NCBI GenBank assembly: GCA_965204945.1
Contig: OZ242022.1
Span: 3,797,591 to 3,861,590, forward strand
Reading direction: 5' to 3'
DNA from: Limisphaerales bacterium
Lineage (GTDB): Bacteria > Verrucomicrobiota > Verrucomicrobiia > Limisphaerales > AAA164-E04
DNA: 64,000 nt
The notes below the pieces were generated by a model, which made no database searches, had not been told where the DNA came from, and was given only the letters and a program-made list of their open reading frames with translations. The position numbers were made by a program, and so were the translations under genes. Positions 49,001 through 58,786 of this stretch are shown here, one piece after another. Position 1 is the stretch's first letter, and each line of letters begins with the position of its first letter.

Positions 49001-49178
49001 AATGCATAAATAGGAAAACATTATATTGTTACACATTTTTGCAAAAGCATATTCTAATTCCGCTTAGCTTGCTCCGTCCTTTTTTGCCCGCCGTCCAATA
49101 ATGTTTGACAATACTACGGCAAAGCCTCATTCAGTCGTCTATAAGATAGTAGACTAAGGCTTGCAAGATGTTATGGCG

Positions 49179-50465
49179 TCAAGAAGAGGCAAGACGCAGC
49201 GCTGCATTATACAATCGCTCGAAGTCTGACACGCTGACAATCCGCGGATTGAATCCAGCCGTCCATTGCCCGGCGGCTTCCCGCGCCAGAAGGGAAATTT
49301 GAGAAGGTTTTATATCTGGAAAATTCTCATTGCCCAGCAGTTCGGCCGAGTTTGCAATCTGTTTCAAGTAATGGATTAGTCTTTCCACCGCATCCTCGGC
49401 ATTTGAGCCGGGTTGGGTTAGATTTCCAGCCGCCAAATTGGCGTAAATCGCCCGCGCGGATGGATCGGCGGCGTTGAATTCTACTACATAAGGCAACATG
49501 AGGCCGACCGCGCGCCCGTGGATCATGCCAAAATGCGCGGTGAGTGGATTGGCGGCGGCGTGAGCTGCGCCGAGCATGCTGTTTTCAATGGCCATTCCGG
49601 CTAAAGCGGCCCCAAGCAACATATTTCCTCGCACTGCCAGGTTGTTATCATTGGCTAGAACTTTGGGAAAGGCGATGGCGAGCAATCGAAAGGCTTGCTC
49701 GGAGTAGATTTTTGAGAGAGGGTTTCGCTTTTTGGTGACGGCGGATTCTATCGCATGCGACAAGGCGTCCACTCCCGTGCAGACAGCCACTTGACGAGGT
49801 TGGGACAGGGTAAGAGTTGGGTCTAAAAGCGCCGCCTTTGCGGCCGCCTTTGCGTCTCCGCAAGCCATCTTTTGGCGCGTGGATTCGTCCGCAATTAAGG
49901 CAAAGGACTGACATTCGCTTCCGGTTCCGGCCGTGGTTGGAATGGCAATTAAAGGGAGCATGGCCTGCGTTGCCTTTCCGACGCCCCAATAGTCTTTCAT
50001 TTCTCCGCCATTGCTTAGGATGAAGTTGCAACCTTTGGCGGTGTCCATGCTACTGCCGCCGCCCAGCCCAATCAGAAAGTTGATCCGCTCTTTCCGCGCT
50101 GCGGCAACGCATCGATCCACGTCGCGAGTCGTGGGATTCTCCCGGACTTGATCGAATATGGAAAAGGCGATTCCTTCGGTTGCGAGCGCTTGGGCGACTC
50201 TCCCCGCATGGCCGGCCTTCACAATTCCGGGGTCCGTGACGAGCAAGACTTTTGTCCCGCCAAGTTCCCCGACCATCCGGCCGATTTTTTCCACAGAATC
50301 ATTGCCGAATACCAAGCGAGGCGAAGGAGGCGATTCGAAATGGGAAAGGCTTTGCGCCGCCGCCGATTTTTGGGAATCACTCAGAATGGTCGACCAAAGG
50401 TCCATCATGCGCGCGGTTTTGCTGGGAACGGTTGCCCGGAGCGGATTCGCCGATTCAAAAAACAC
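49179..50465 (-). CDS. iron-containing (group III) alcohol dehydrogenase
   Basis: It has the GGGSSMDTAKG motif and a His-rich metal site region (HAIES, AAHAAANPLTAHFGMIHG). The GTG start at 50465 lies 17 nt after the upstream gene. An alternative start is ATG 50408. Confidence 0.85.
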   Translation of the reverse strand: MFFESANPLRATVPSKTARMMDLWSTILSDSQKSAAAQSLSHFESPPSPRLVFGNDSVEKIGRMVGELGGTKVLLVTDPGIVKAGHAGRVAQALATEGIAFSIFDQVRENPTTRDVDRCVAAARKERINFLIGLGGGSSMDTAKGCNFILSNGGEMKDYWGVGKATQAMLPLIAIPTTAGTGSECQSFALIADESTRQKMACGDAKAAAKAALLDPTLTLSQPRQVAVCTGVDALSHAIESAVTKKRNPLSKIYSEQAFRLLAIAFPKVLANDNNLAVRGNMLLGAALAGMAIENSMLGAAHAAANPLTAHFGMIHGRAVGLMLPYVVEFNAADPSARAIYANLAAGNLTQPGSNAEDAVERLIHYLKQIANSAELLGNENFPDIKPSQISLLAREAAGQWTAGFNPRIVSVSDFERLYNAALRLASS

Positions 50466-50482
50466 ATTTCAACCGTCCCGGA

Positions 50483-51931
50483 TTACGGCGTTATTCCTTT
50501 ATCGGCCACTTCGATGGAGCGCCGACGATAGAGAAACTCGAACATGTTTCCTTCGTGTGGTTGATCCCAAGAGACCTTGGTCGTCGTCACCGGTCCCAGG
50601 TTCAGCCGCTCAATCAAAGGCGAATTTAGCAACTCTGCGGCAAAGGCTTTGTCCCGAGTGATGGCGCTGACAACCAAGGACGGGCCGATTCGGTTCAACA
50701 TCTCCGATTGCGGCGCCTCCACAACGCTGACATAAGGGAAAAGAAACTCGCGGTTGTAAAGCGGATGATCGGCCGTCTCGCAATACACAACCGTCGGTCT
50801 GAGGTAAACGCCGCCGTCAAACTCCACTTTGCGATCCCCGTCTCGGTAGCGGGACGCGAAGTCTTCGGCGCCCGGCGTTTTTAATCCATTTTTGATGCAT
50901 TGGTCGATATGCTCGGCCATTCGAGGATTCGCAAAGCCGGAAAGACGCGCCCCCTCGTCCATCGCCGCAGCGGGTTGCAACGGCCCCAAAACTCGCCCTA
51001 ATGCGTTGGCAATTTCCCTGCCGTGACGGGGCACCACAATGGCCGAAGCATTAATGCAGCTTCGCCCGCCGTTTTCCGCAATGCTGGAGGCCATCAAGTC
51101 CAAATACTTTTCCCACTGATCGGCCTCGTCTTCGCCCAAGAGGATTTTGCTAAACCCCGGTCCGTGCACTTGAACGGCGGGATTGTCGGCGTGCCGCTCG
51201 GTCGTGCTTTTGTCTCCAAAGATCAAAGCGCGGCCGCATTGTCGCAAGACGGCCTCCGCGCCTTCATGATCGGTGGGATAAAAACCAAAGGCTTCCGGCG
51301 GGCAACCTGAGGCAATAAAGGCCTGAATCAAGCGATACGGCGTCCAAGGCTCTTCTCGACCCGGTTTGAGAACGACGGGGATTTTCAGCGCAATTGCGGG
51401 CAACCACAAGGAGTTCACGGCCGGCGAATTGCTCGGCATCACCAAGCCAAGCGCCCTCGTAGTGGGAAAGAAACTGATCCTCGTGCCAAACTGCTCGCCA
51501 ACGCTCCGGTCAATAATGCGGAAATCCAACCCCCGAGTCAGCCCGGTCAAAATGGCGCGCATATGGGTAAGCGCGTAGTGAATTTTTTGCATGTTCCGCC
51601 GCGCCATTCCATGCGGCAGTCCGCTCGTGGCTGAAAGAGCGGAAATATAATCCTCTGCGGATTGCCGTCGCCCGCAATCGCCCAACGGCAAGTCGCCGTT
51701 CAAAAAACGCTCGCCCGCTTGGGCGGAAATTTCGATCAACTCTTCCACCGAACGCCGCCGCAAAACGGCCCGCGCCTGCTCCGCCTTTCGCAAGTCGCGC
51801 CGAATGACGCCTGCGTTGACTTGGCTCACCGCGGCTAATGGACGGCGATTGCGATAGTCGAAGACGAGTTTCTGTCGCAGGCTAACATAAGGGACGCCTT
51901 GTCGCAGGCAGGGAATGTGAGGCAGTTTCAT
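50483..51931 (-). CDS. aldehyde-dehydrogenase-superfamily protein, LuxC/acyl-CoA-reductase-like
   Basis: VVLKPGREEPWTP (ALDH LKPS-type block) and the catalytic-Cys context ENGGRSCINASAIVV are present. Length is ~482 aa from ATG 51931, which lies 4 nt after the upstream stop. Confidence 0.65.
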   Translation of the reverse strand: MKLPHIPCLRQGVPYVSLRQKLVFDYRNRRPLAAVSQVNAGVIRRDLRKAEQARAVLRRRSVEELIEISAQAGERFLNGDLPLGDCGRRQSAEDYISALSATSGLPHGMARRNMQKIHYALTHMRAILTGLTRGLDFRIIDRSVGEQFGTRISFFPTTRALGLVMPSNSPAVNSLWLPAIALKIPVVLKPGREEPWTPYRLIQAFIASGCPPEAFGFYPTDHEGAEAVLRQCGRALIFGDKSTTERHADNPAVQVHGPGFSKILLGEDEADQWEKYLDLMASSIAENGGRSCINASAIVVPRHGREIANALGRVLGPLQPAAAMDEGARLSGFANPRMAEHIDQCIKNGLKTPGAEDFASRYRDGDRKVEFDGGVYLRPTVVYCETADHPLYNREFLFPYVSVVEAPQSEMLNRIGPSLVVSAITRDKAFAAELLNSPLIERLNLGPVTTTKVSWDQPHEGNMFEFLYRRRSIEVADKGITP

Positions 51932-51935
51932 CTCT

Positions 51936-53024
51936 TTAATAAACTCCTTCCACAATATTTTCTTCCATTGCGCCAAAGGGACGAACTTCCGCCACGCCGT
52001 CCCAAGCGTAGGGCGTTCGAGGTGCCCTGCGAATTGCCTCATCGCGCTCCAAAAAGCGAGGCATAAAGAACTCTTTGGTTAAGGTTGTCAGCTCTACCCT
52101 GCCCCATTCTTCATATCCCTTGACTTGCGCTGTTTGATCAGGGTCTACCACTCGCAATACGGCCCGCGGTTGCGGCGCATAGTAGGTAATGGAAAAATGG
52201 TCTTCGGGAAGCAGGGGAACACTGGCCGCCAACCCCATTAAGGTATTGCCGTAGGTAGGGTAAAAACCAATCTTTCCCTCCAGAACTTCCTCTATAAGGA
52301 AGCGCGTGTATTGCGGATCCATCGTCGTTCCCCCGCAAAACACTCCTCGGAGACCCGCCTTCCAAAGGTCTATGCGCTCGGACAACGCTTCCAACAGCTT
52401 CGGCGTAGTAAACAGCGCGCTAACCCGCCGGTGCTTAAATATAGTTATTGCCTGAGAGACGACGTGGTCCATATAAGATCGAGCTATGTCAAATTTGCGC
52501 TCTCCTATCATCTTCTTCACAAAGCGAGGGTCCAGATCAATAAAGTAGCATGAACACCCCCGGAAGTTGGCTAAATGTTCAATGGCTAAACGCAATCTCC
52601 TCGGCCCCGTCGGCCCCATCATTAGCCAATAGTGGTTTCTTGGAAAGTGGCGGTCGGCAATCTTTTGAGAAAACTCGCTGTAATCCACCTTGTAATCGTT
52701 CCAGCCAATGCGTTGTTTGGGCATTCCGGTTGTCCCGCCGGTTTCAAAAACATTAAAAGGTTGCCCCGAAAACGCCTTCGGCACCCACACTTCAGGTTGC
52801 AAGTCGCGCAGCCACTCATCCTGGAAATGGGGAAAATTCTGAATAATATCGTCGAAGGATTGTATTTTCTCCGCCGGATTCCATCCAGACTTCTCCGCCC
52901 ATTCCAACCAGAATCGGCATCCGGTTTCCGGCGAGAAATGCCACTTCACAATCTCCCGCGCGTGGGCGTCTAGTTGTTCCCTCGCCTCTTGCAAGGCGGC
53001 CTGCGATACAGTGCAATCTTTCAC
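51936..53024 (-). CDS. PaaK/LuxE-like adenylate-forming enzyme (acyl-AMP/acyl-CoA or acyl-protein synthetase)
   Basis: The phosphate-binding loop is FETGGTTGMPKQ and a later block is FCGGTTM. The size (362 aa) fits the short PaaK/F390-synthetase/LuxE branch of ANL enzymes. Confidence 0.6.
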   Translation of the reverse strand: MKDCTVSQAALQEAREQLDAHAREIVKWHFSPETGCRFWLEWAEKSGWNPAEKIQSFDDIIQNFPHFQDEWLRDLQPEVWVPKAFSGQPFNVFETGGTTGMPKQRIGWNDYKVDYSEFSQKIADRHFPRNHYWLMMGPTGPRRLRLAIEHLANFRGCSCYFIDLDPRFVKKMIGERKFDIARSYMDHVVSQAITIFKHRRVSALFTTPKLLEALSERIDLWKAGLRGVFCGGTTMDPQYTRFLIEEVLEGKIGFYPTYGNTLMGLAASVPLLPEDHFSITYYAPQPRAVLRVVDPDQTAQVKGYEEWGRVELTTLTKEFFMPRFLERDEAIRRAPRTPYAWDGVAEVRPFGAMEENIVEGVY

Positions 53025-53099
53025 AATCTAATTTGTAATGACCAAGTTCTAATTTATAATTCGCAGTTCATTTACCAAGAAAGGAAAAAAGTTCTTCTC

Positions 53100-54797
53100 T
53101 TATTTGGGGAAGAACCTCGTCAAAATTTCATTGCCCGGCGGTTTTGTCCACAAAGACACTAGCGCCAAAGCCCCCCCCGCGGCCAAAACGCAAACCGCCG
53201 CCGGCACAATGCCCGGCCCAATCGCATACGCTCCGCCATAATCGGATTTATAGAAGAAATACAACAAACTCAGCATCCCAATCGCTATGGACGCATACGC
53301 TCCCGCCAACGTCGTCCGCCGCCAGTAAAGACTCCCAATCACAAGAGGCGTCAAGGCCGAAAAACCAGTGAAACACCAGACCGCTAAGTCGAAAATATTC
53401 TGCGGCGCAATCCTCGACAATAAGTAGGCAATCACAACCACTCCCAACACAAAGGCGCGGGCAATCCAAAGAATCTGCCGATCCGAGAAACGCCGAGACC
53501 CCGCCGCATGCAACACGACGTCGTTAGTAAACATAGTCCCCAAGCTGAGGAACTGCGAGTCTAGCGAAGACATAATCGCCGCCAAAATGCCGGCCGTCAG
53601 CAGGCCGGAAAGAAGCGGACTGTCCACCAACGTGCTTACCATTGTTCCCAACACGGCGCTGACCTTGTTAGGCTCCAGTGGAGGCAAAATACCCGTCGCC
53701 CACGTCCCGATTAGAACGCACGGCACCCATACCGCTAAAATGCACAGCGGATGAGCCACAAAGGTCAAACGAAACGCCTTAGCGCTCCGCGCCGTCAACC
53801 AATGTTGAAACAAATGAGGAAACATGCCCGCGCTGAGCGGAATAAACAAATAGCTGAAAAACATCCACGTTCCAATCCCGTATTGCCGGGCAAACAGGGT
53901 CTCCTCGCCGGTTGCCGCGTCTTGAACGTAAAGTTCCACTGGAGTCGGCCTTCGCGCCAGAAGCGGCCGCCTGCCGTCCACATCCATTGCTTCCCCCGCA
54001 TACTTCCCAATCACTTTGGGAGGATTGTTTTCCCGCAAAACGCCCGCTTCCGGATCATAGCGGTGAGTTTGCACCAAAAAACCTTCCGCATTGAACTTGG
54101 CGGACAACTCGGTCGCCTGCCGAAAGCCTCCCAAACTTCGAGCAATGAGAAAGAACGCCAAAACGCCCATCGCCATAAATACCAGCGTCTGAAGCGTGTT
54201 GGCCCAAGCCGCGCCGCGAGAACCTCCAAAAAACACATAGGAAAACGCCACGCCGCAAACAATCAGGCCGGTCAGCCACTCCGGAATCCCTCCCGTCCAC
54301 TGCGGCGTCTCCGGATTGGGAAACACTCCGGGCAAGGCGCCCGCCGTGACCGGCAGCAAGGTTTTTCCCGCGCCCACAATGCCGATCAATAAATACGGAA
54401 TCATCAAAAGCGCCAACACGGGAAACAAAACATAACCGATGCCCGCCGAACCAAACCGCGCCCGAAAAAACTGAACCTGCGTCACGAAACCGTTCCGCTT
54501 GCCAATCGCCCAAAGCCGCATTCCAATAAAGAAAAAAACCGCCGCGTGAACCAAACCGCTCATCGACGCCATCAAACCGTAAACGCCGATGCCCCGTTCA
54601 AACGCCTTGCCCGTGGATCCCACCAAAGCAAAGGCCGTCATCGTCGTCCCAAAAACGCTCATCAAAAGCAAAAAAGGGCCGATGGAATGGCTGGCGACGA
54701 AAAAATCGCGGCTCGTGCCTCGAAAAAAACGACGGCTCCAAGCGCCCAGCCCCAACAGCAAACCGAGATAAACCAAAACGACAATCAACGGCGCCAT
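53100..54797 (-). CDS. sodium:solute symporter (SSS/SSF family) permease
   Basis: A 565-aa polytopic membrane protein. The N-terminal block GLGAWSRRFFRGTSRDFFVASHSIGPF and the mid-protein block GGSRGAAWANTLQ are typical of SSS carriers. Confidence 0.85.
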   Translation of the reverse strand: MAPLIVVLVYLGLLLGLGAWSRRFFRGTSRDFFVASHSIGPFLLLMSVFGTTMTAFALVGSTGKAFERGIGVYGLMASMSGLVHAAVFFFIGMRLWAIGKRNGFVTQVQFFRARFGSAGIGYVLFPVLALLMIPYLLIGIVGAGKTLLPVTAGALPGVFPNPETPQWTGGIPEWLTGLIVCGVAFSYVFFGGSRGAAWANTLQTLVFMAMGVLAFFLIARSLGGFRQATELSAKFNAEGFLVQTHRYDPEAGVLRENNPPKVIGKYAGEAMDVDGRRPLLARRPTPVELYVQDAATGEETLFARQYGIGTWMFFSYLFIPLSAGMFPHLFQHWLTARSAKAFRLTFVAHPLCILAVWVPCVLIGTWATGILPPLEPNKVSAVLGTMVSTLVDSPLLSGLLTAGILAAIMSSLDSQFLSLGTMFTNDVVLHAAGSRRFSDRQILWIARAFVLGVVVIAYLLSRIAPQNIFDLAVWCFTGFSALTPLVIGSLYWRRTTLAGAYASIAIGMLSLLYFFYKSDYGGAYAIGPGIVPAAVCVLAAGGALALVSLWTKPPGNEILTRFFPK

Positions 54798-54800
54798 ACT

Positions 54801-55040
54801 TCAATCCCGTTTTGAATCTTCCGAGGAATCTCCCGCCGTCTCTTCCCAATCTTTCGGCCATGCAAACCCCGCCGCCCACCACCAAAAAACCGCCACAACA
54901 ACCGAATAAACCGCGTGATACGCCAAACCAACGGGAAGGAAGCCCAACAACAGCGTCTGGTCGTCATCCCAAAACCAAACATCCTGATGCAAAACTAGAA
55001 GCACCAAACAAGCCAAAAAAACTACAGCGGACTTGGACAT
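54801..55040 (-). CDS. small two-TM membrane protein, DUF3311-like SSS accessory subunit
   Basis: The protein is 79 aa and ends 3 nt before the symporter start. The small-protein-then-SSS arrangement and its Trp-rich TM segments match DUF3311 as I recall it. Confidence 0.5.
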   Translation of the reverse strand: MSKSAVVFLACLVLLVLHQDVWFWDDDQTLLLGFLPVGLAYHAVYSVVVAVFWWWAAGFAWPKDWEETAGDSSEDSKRD

Positions 55041-55137
55041 TAGCCATCTACATTAACTTCATAATTGCATTCACTGCTAGAGAACCCAAAAAACCCAAAA
55101 CAACGCCATAATATCCAACCGTCCAACACCATAATGA

Positions 55138-55353
55138 CTATCTTCTAGCTTTCTTGAATGGCAACACCAGTCCCGCAAATAAACATAAAACTGCTCCAAA
55201 GAACACACAAGCAATCGGGTATACAGCAACAAACTCTTCAACAGTCCATCCAATATCCACGCTCCCAAGAATCATAAGGACAAACACACCAGCAAAGTAC
55301 GATATTATCGACACATGCTTTCGTCTAAGCTCTTCTCTCCTTTTCTCAATCAT
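55138..55353 (-). CDS. hypothetical small two-TM membrane protein
   Basis: A 71-aa ORF with a basic N-terminus (MIEKRREELRRK) and two hydrophobic helices. There is no other support. Confidence 0.3.
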   Translation of the reverse strand: MIEKRREELRRKHVSIISYFAGVFVLMILGSVDIGWTVEEFVAVYPIACVFFGAVLCLFAGLVLPFKKARR

Positions 55354-55490
55354 TCTTCACTTTTCGATCTGTATCCCTCATTCTCTAATAATATGTCCGA
55401 TTATTGCGCCGCATCGTTGGGTTTTATGGCATTACAAGGGGCCAAGTTTTGAGAGTTTTTCCATTCTGGCAAAACTTCCTTCCCCGAACT

Positions 55491-57044
55491 TTATTCTTTC
55501 TTTTCCAACTCGGCAATGGCGTAGAGATGCGTCTGCGTTCCCACGTACAGCGTTCCGTTGGCGACGATGGGCGTGGAATAGATTGGCGCTCCGAAGTTGA
55601 CTTCCATCAAAACTTTCTCCTTCTTTGCCGCCTCAAGAATCACAAAGTCGCCGTCCTCGTCTCCCAAAAACACCTTGCCGTCGGCCACCAGCGTCGAACT
55701 CCACATATGCGCCTTCATGTCGTAAATCCAGTATTCCTTTCCCGTGTTGGCGTCTAGGCAGTAGAGAAAGCCCGAATAATCGCAAAGGAAAAGCAAATCA
55801 GTTTCCGGGTCGATGGACGCCGTGGAAATGGTTCGATTGATTTTGTCGTACGTCCAAACGGCGCCGCTTTTGGAAATGTCGCCTTTCCCAGAGGCGTCAA
55901 TGCAGGAAAGCATGCCCAGTCCTTCGCCGTGTTCCGGGTCTTGGCCGATGGCCACGTAAACCCGATCTTTGTAAAACACCGGGGTGCTGATGATTTCGCT
56001 GGGGCCGTCCGCATGCGGATATTTGATTGGTTTGCCGTCTTTGTGCCGATACTTTTCCGGCACGCCGTCGTATTTCCAAATCTCCCGCAGTTCCATAAGA
56101 CCGTCTTCGCCGGCGATTGGTTTCGGATCAAAGGCGTACACAAATCCGTCTCCGGCGCCGAAGAAAACCATCTCCCGGCCGTTCACGTTCCCAAAACCCG
56201 GAGAAGACCAGTTGCAGTGCAGCAAGTTTTGGCTGATCCCTGAAGCCTCCTCGCCCAAGAGCGCTCCCGTGTTTTTGTCCAAAGCCACCAAGCACGGCGC
56301 AAACGGCGACGGAATGTTCAAGTGCGACCAATCCTGCCCGTTGGAAGTCGTCGCAAAAAGCCGATCCCCGGCAATCACCACCGAACTGCTGGCAATGTTG
56401 TGCGGAAACACGCCCAACTCCGCCCGCATGTCAAACACCCACAAAATGTCCGCATCCGTGCCGCCGGGAGACATCGGCGGCTTTCCCTCGCCCGCCATAT
56501 ACTTCGCCTCGTCTTGGAACGGCCCGTCGTTGCCGTCGCTCATCCCCTCGGCGTCCAAACAAAGCACCTCGCACCGGTTGGAAACCACGTAAACCCGCTT
56601 GCCCTCCACAGTTGGCGAAGAGCAAATCCCCAGATATTCCCAATCGCTCACCTTGCCCGCGCCCAACTTCGGCACCACCAACTGCCAAAGAAACTTTCCC
56701 GTCTCCTCTTCCAGACAATAGACAATCCCGCGATCCCCTTTGTGCTTTGGATCGCGCGGCGACTCGTTGTTCGTGCCGACAAACACCTTGCCGTTCGCCA
56801 CCGTCGTGTTCCCATACGCCTGCGAACCCAACTTGGCCACCCACTTCACATTCCGAGTCGTCGACAAGTCCACCTCCTCCGTGCCTCGCTTGAACTCGCC
56901 CGGAGCAAACTCGTGCGGAATCCCCTTCTCCGGAGAATAAAGATTCTTGCTTTGATTTCGCCCCCACTGCGGCCAATCCTCAGACCAAACGGACGACAAA
57001 CAAAAAACCGAAACCAACAAACACTGCGCTTTCCTAGCCTTCAT
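55491..57044 (-). CDS. PQQ-like beta-propeller repeat protein (secreted)
   Basis: The signal peptide is followed by EDWPQWGRN. Repeated propeller blades include GKVFVGT, RVYVVS, DRLFATT, DRVYVAIG and GTLYVGT. Confidence 0.8.
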   Translation of the reverse strand: MKARKAQCLLVSVFCLSSVWSEDWPQWGRNQSKNLYSPEKGIPHEFAPGEFKRGTEEVDLSTTRNVKWVAKLGSQAYGNTTVANGKVFVGTNNESPRDPKHKGDRGIVYCLEEETGKFLWQLVVPKLGAGKVSDWEYLGICSSPTVEGKRVYVVSNRCEVLCLDAEGMSDGNDGPFQDEAKYMAGEGKPPMSPGGTDADILWVFDMRAELGVFPHNIASSSVVIAGDRLFATTSNGQDWSHLNIPSPFAPCLVALDKNTGALLGEEASGISQNLLHCNWSSPGFGNVNGREMVFFGAGDGFVYAFDPKPIAGEDGLMELREIWKYDGVPEKYRHKDGKPIKYPHADGPSEIISTPVFYKDRVYVAIGQDPEHGEGLGMLSCIDASGKGDISKSGAVWTYDKINRTISTASIDPETDLLFLCDYSGFLYCLDANTGKEYWIYDMKAHMWSSTLVADGKVFLGDEDGDFVILEAAKKEKVLMEVNFGAPIYSTPIVANGTLYVGTQTHLYAIAELEKKE

Positions 57045-57388
57045 AATTTAAAACCAAAAAAGGATTACAAATCGCAACCGCCTTTGTCAACCCAACTCCA
57101 CAGTGGCAAAAAGGAAATCGCTTTGGATTTCCCGCCAACCGGAAGACAAATGGAATCCTCTCAATCCATTTCCCCGCCGCAGAACTCCCGCCAACCCCCA
57201 AAGCCTGCTCAAAGCACGGGTTTCCGCAATTCCAATTCCCCGCTCTTTCCGAAACAAAAAACTCCGATCCCAAAAAGATGGAAGCGAAGTTGCTTGAAAA
57301 AACGAGGCCAATTTTTAGCGGAGGCCGAAGCGCAAAGCATATAAGCCGCTAGCATGCATTGCCGGCCTCTGTTTGCCAGCAACGAAGG

Positions 57389-58166
57389 CTACAAAGTGGC
57401 GGCTTGTTGGCGTTGTTTCTTTTGCATCTTTTGCCGGTGGCGATGAAAGAAAACAAAACCTAGCGCAAAGAGGCCGAAGACAAGCGCGTATTCTTCAGGT
57501 TCGGGGATGACTTGGCTGTTGATGGTGACCTGTATGCCACTAAGCGACGTAAAAAGAGATCCGCTAGTGTAAGTTCCCGCAAAGAAGTCCCCAATGGGTT
57601 TGCCGATTATGCCGGCGCCCGTCCAAGCCGAAGATTCGTTCTGGGAATAAGACAAACTGCTCCCAGAAACACGAATCCCTAAGTCATCTGCACTGTTGTT
57701 ATCATCATCCATAAAAAGATGGGAAATGGTTCGGTTGCCGCTGCCGATGGTAATGGTCGGCGTATTGGTGGCGCTGGCGGCAAAGGTGATGTTGGTTCGG
57801 CCGCCGCCCGGAATTCTGGATCTCACCGAGGCGATGTCGTCGGTATTGGAGCTGGAGAACAGGGGAGACAGAGAGACGTTGAGGTTGCTGGGCGAGTTCG
57901 CGATGAACATCTGTCCGCTATTCGCGGAAGCGGAGTTTATCCAATCCCAAGAGTCTTGGAGAAGGAAAGTGCCGCCGCCGCTTGCGGTTCGGATGGCACT
58001 ATTACCCCGAGCGGTAGAAGAGCCGCTAAAAATCCAGAGGGTTTCGCTGGTGGGGTTATCTTGGCTGGGATAGACGTCAATCACCAACTGCGCTTGGGCG
58101 TTGTCCCCCCCCCCCCCCCCCGCAGATGCAGAAGATGGCGGCCAATAAAGATAGTTTTCGTTTCAT
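57389..58166 (-). CDS. PEP-CTERM surface protein, paralog 2, with poly-G tract in the signal-peptide region (frameshifted as sequenced)
   Basis: ATG 58166 encodes MKRKLSLLAAIFCIC, followed by G(17). The mature frame continues DNAQAQLVIDVYPSQDN... to IPEPEEYALVFGLFALGFVFFHRHRQKMQKKQRQQAATL*. The tract must be 3n+1 long to join the frames, and 17 is 3n+2. Confidence 0.75.
58105..58121 (-). repeat. homopolymeric G(17) tract (C17 on plus strand) inside a coding region
   Basis: Counted directly: C at every position from 58105 to 58121. Confidence 0.95.
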
Positions 58167-58201
58167 AAGAATCTATTTATTAACTGTTAAAAATTTCTTT
58201 G

Positions 58202-58230
58202 TTTTTAATCCCTCCTCCGCAACGTGTCAA
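58202..58230 (-). promoter_or_regulatory. sigma70-like promoter of PEP-CTERM paralog 2
   Basis: The minus strand reads TTGACA, a 17 nt spacer, then TAAAAA, with the same spacing to the ATG as in paralog 1. Confidence 0.5.
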
Positions 58231-58510
58231 CCCCAAATCCACAAAAAAGAGAAAAAAGTTAAGAAAAGTTCTTTGGAAAACGAGAAAAAGCGCAAAAAGC
58301 GCAAAAATTCTGCTTTTTTCCGGTTGCGGGAAAAAGTTTTGAGGCGGTTGGCCATCCAAGCGGCAAGGTGGCTTTCGTGGATGAGATGGGCAAGCCAAAA
58401 TGATATGGGTGAGCCAAAGCTGACTTTGGCGTGAATTGGAGGAGCGGGCAAGACAAGGAAACCTCGAAAAGCGCGCAAATTCCATCTTGCTGTTAGCCAA
58501 GCGCCTCCTT

Positions 58511-58738
58511 GCTGTTGCGGAAAAAAGAAAGTTTTTGGAGCGGTTGACGCTTGTTGTGGCCGTGATTTCTTTCTTCCGCAGCCAAGTAGTGAGCGGGATT
58601 CGATTGAAGTATCGATTGAAGGATTGGCGAGCAGAAGAGCGAGAACTGGTTGTTTTGGCGCGCAGTTTGTCGGCTTGTGGATTCTTTGGGTTTGGAGAGT
58701 TTTGACAAATCCAAAAGCCATCTGAGGCGGATTAGTAT
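58511..58738. repeat. conserved ~220-bp upstream element, copy B (partner 27541-27756)
   Basis: See copy A. A partial extra copy of the element's first ~35 nt lies at about 58323-58355. Confidence 0.85.
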
Positions 58739-58786
58739 CAGATAAGTAACGGTTCTGCCGATGGGAAAGGAAGGTTGCGGCGGCGT

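Noticed and set aside
53751-54392. 213-aa plus-strand ORF antisense to the SSS symporter, and similar ORFs at 59457-60149 (antisense to the O-antigen-ligase-like gene) and 13192-14031 (antisense to the PPP-family phosphatase)
   Set aside because: These are basic, low-complexity antisense ORFs within polytopic-membrane or otherwise well-supported genes.
56322-57344. 340-aa plus-strand ORF antisense to the PQQ-like propeller gene
   Set aside because: It has R/P/H/L-rich composition and no motifs, and it fully overlaps a strongly supported CDS on the other strand.
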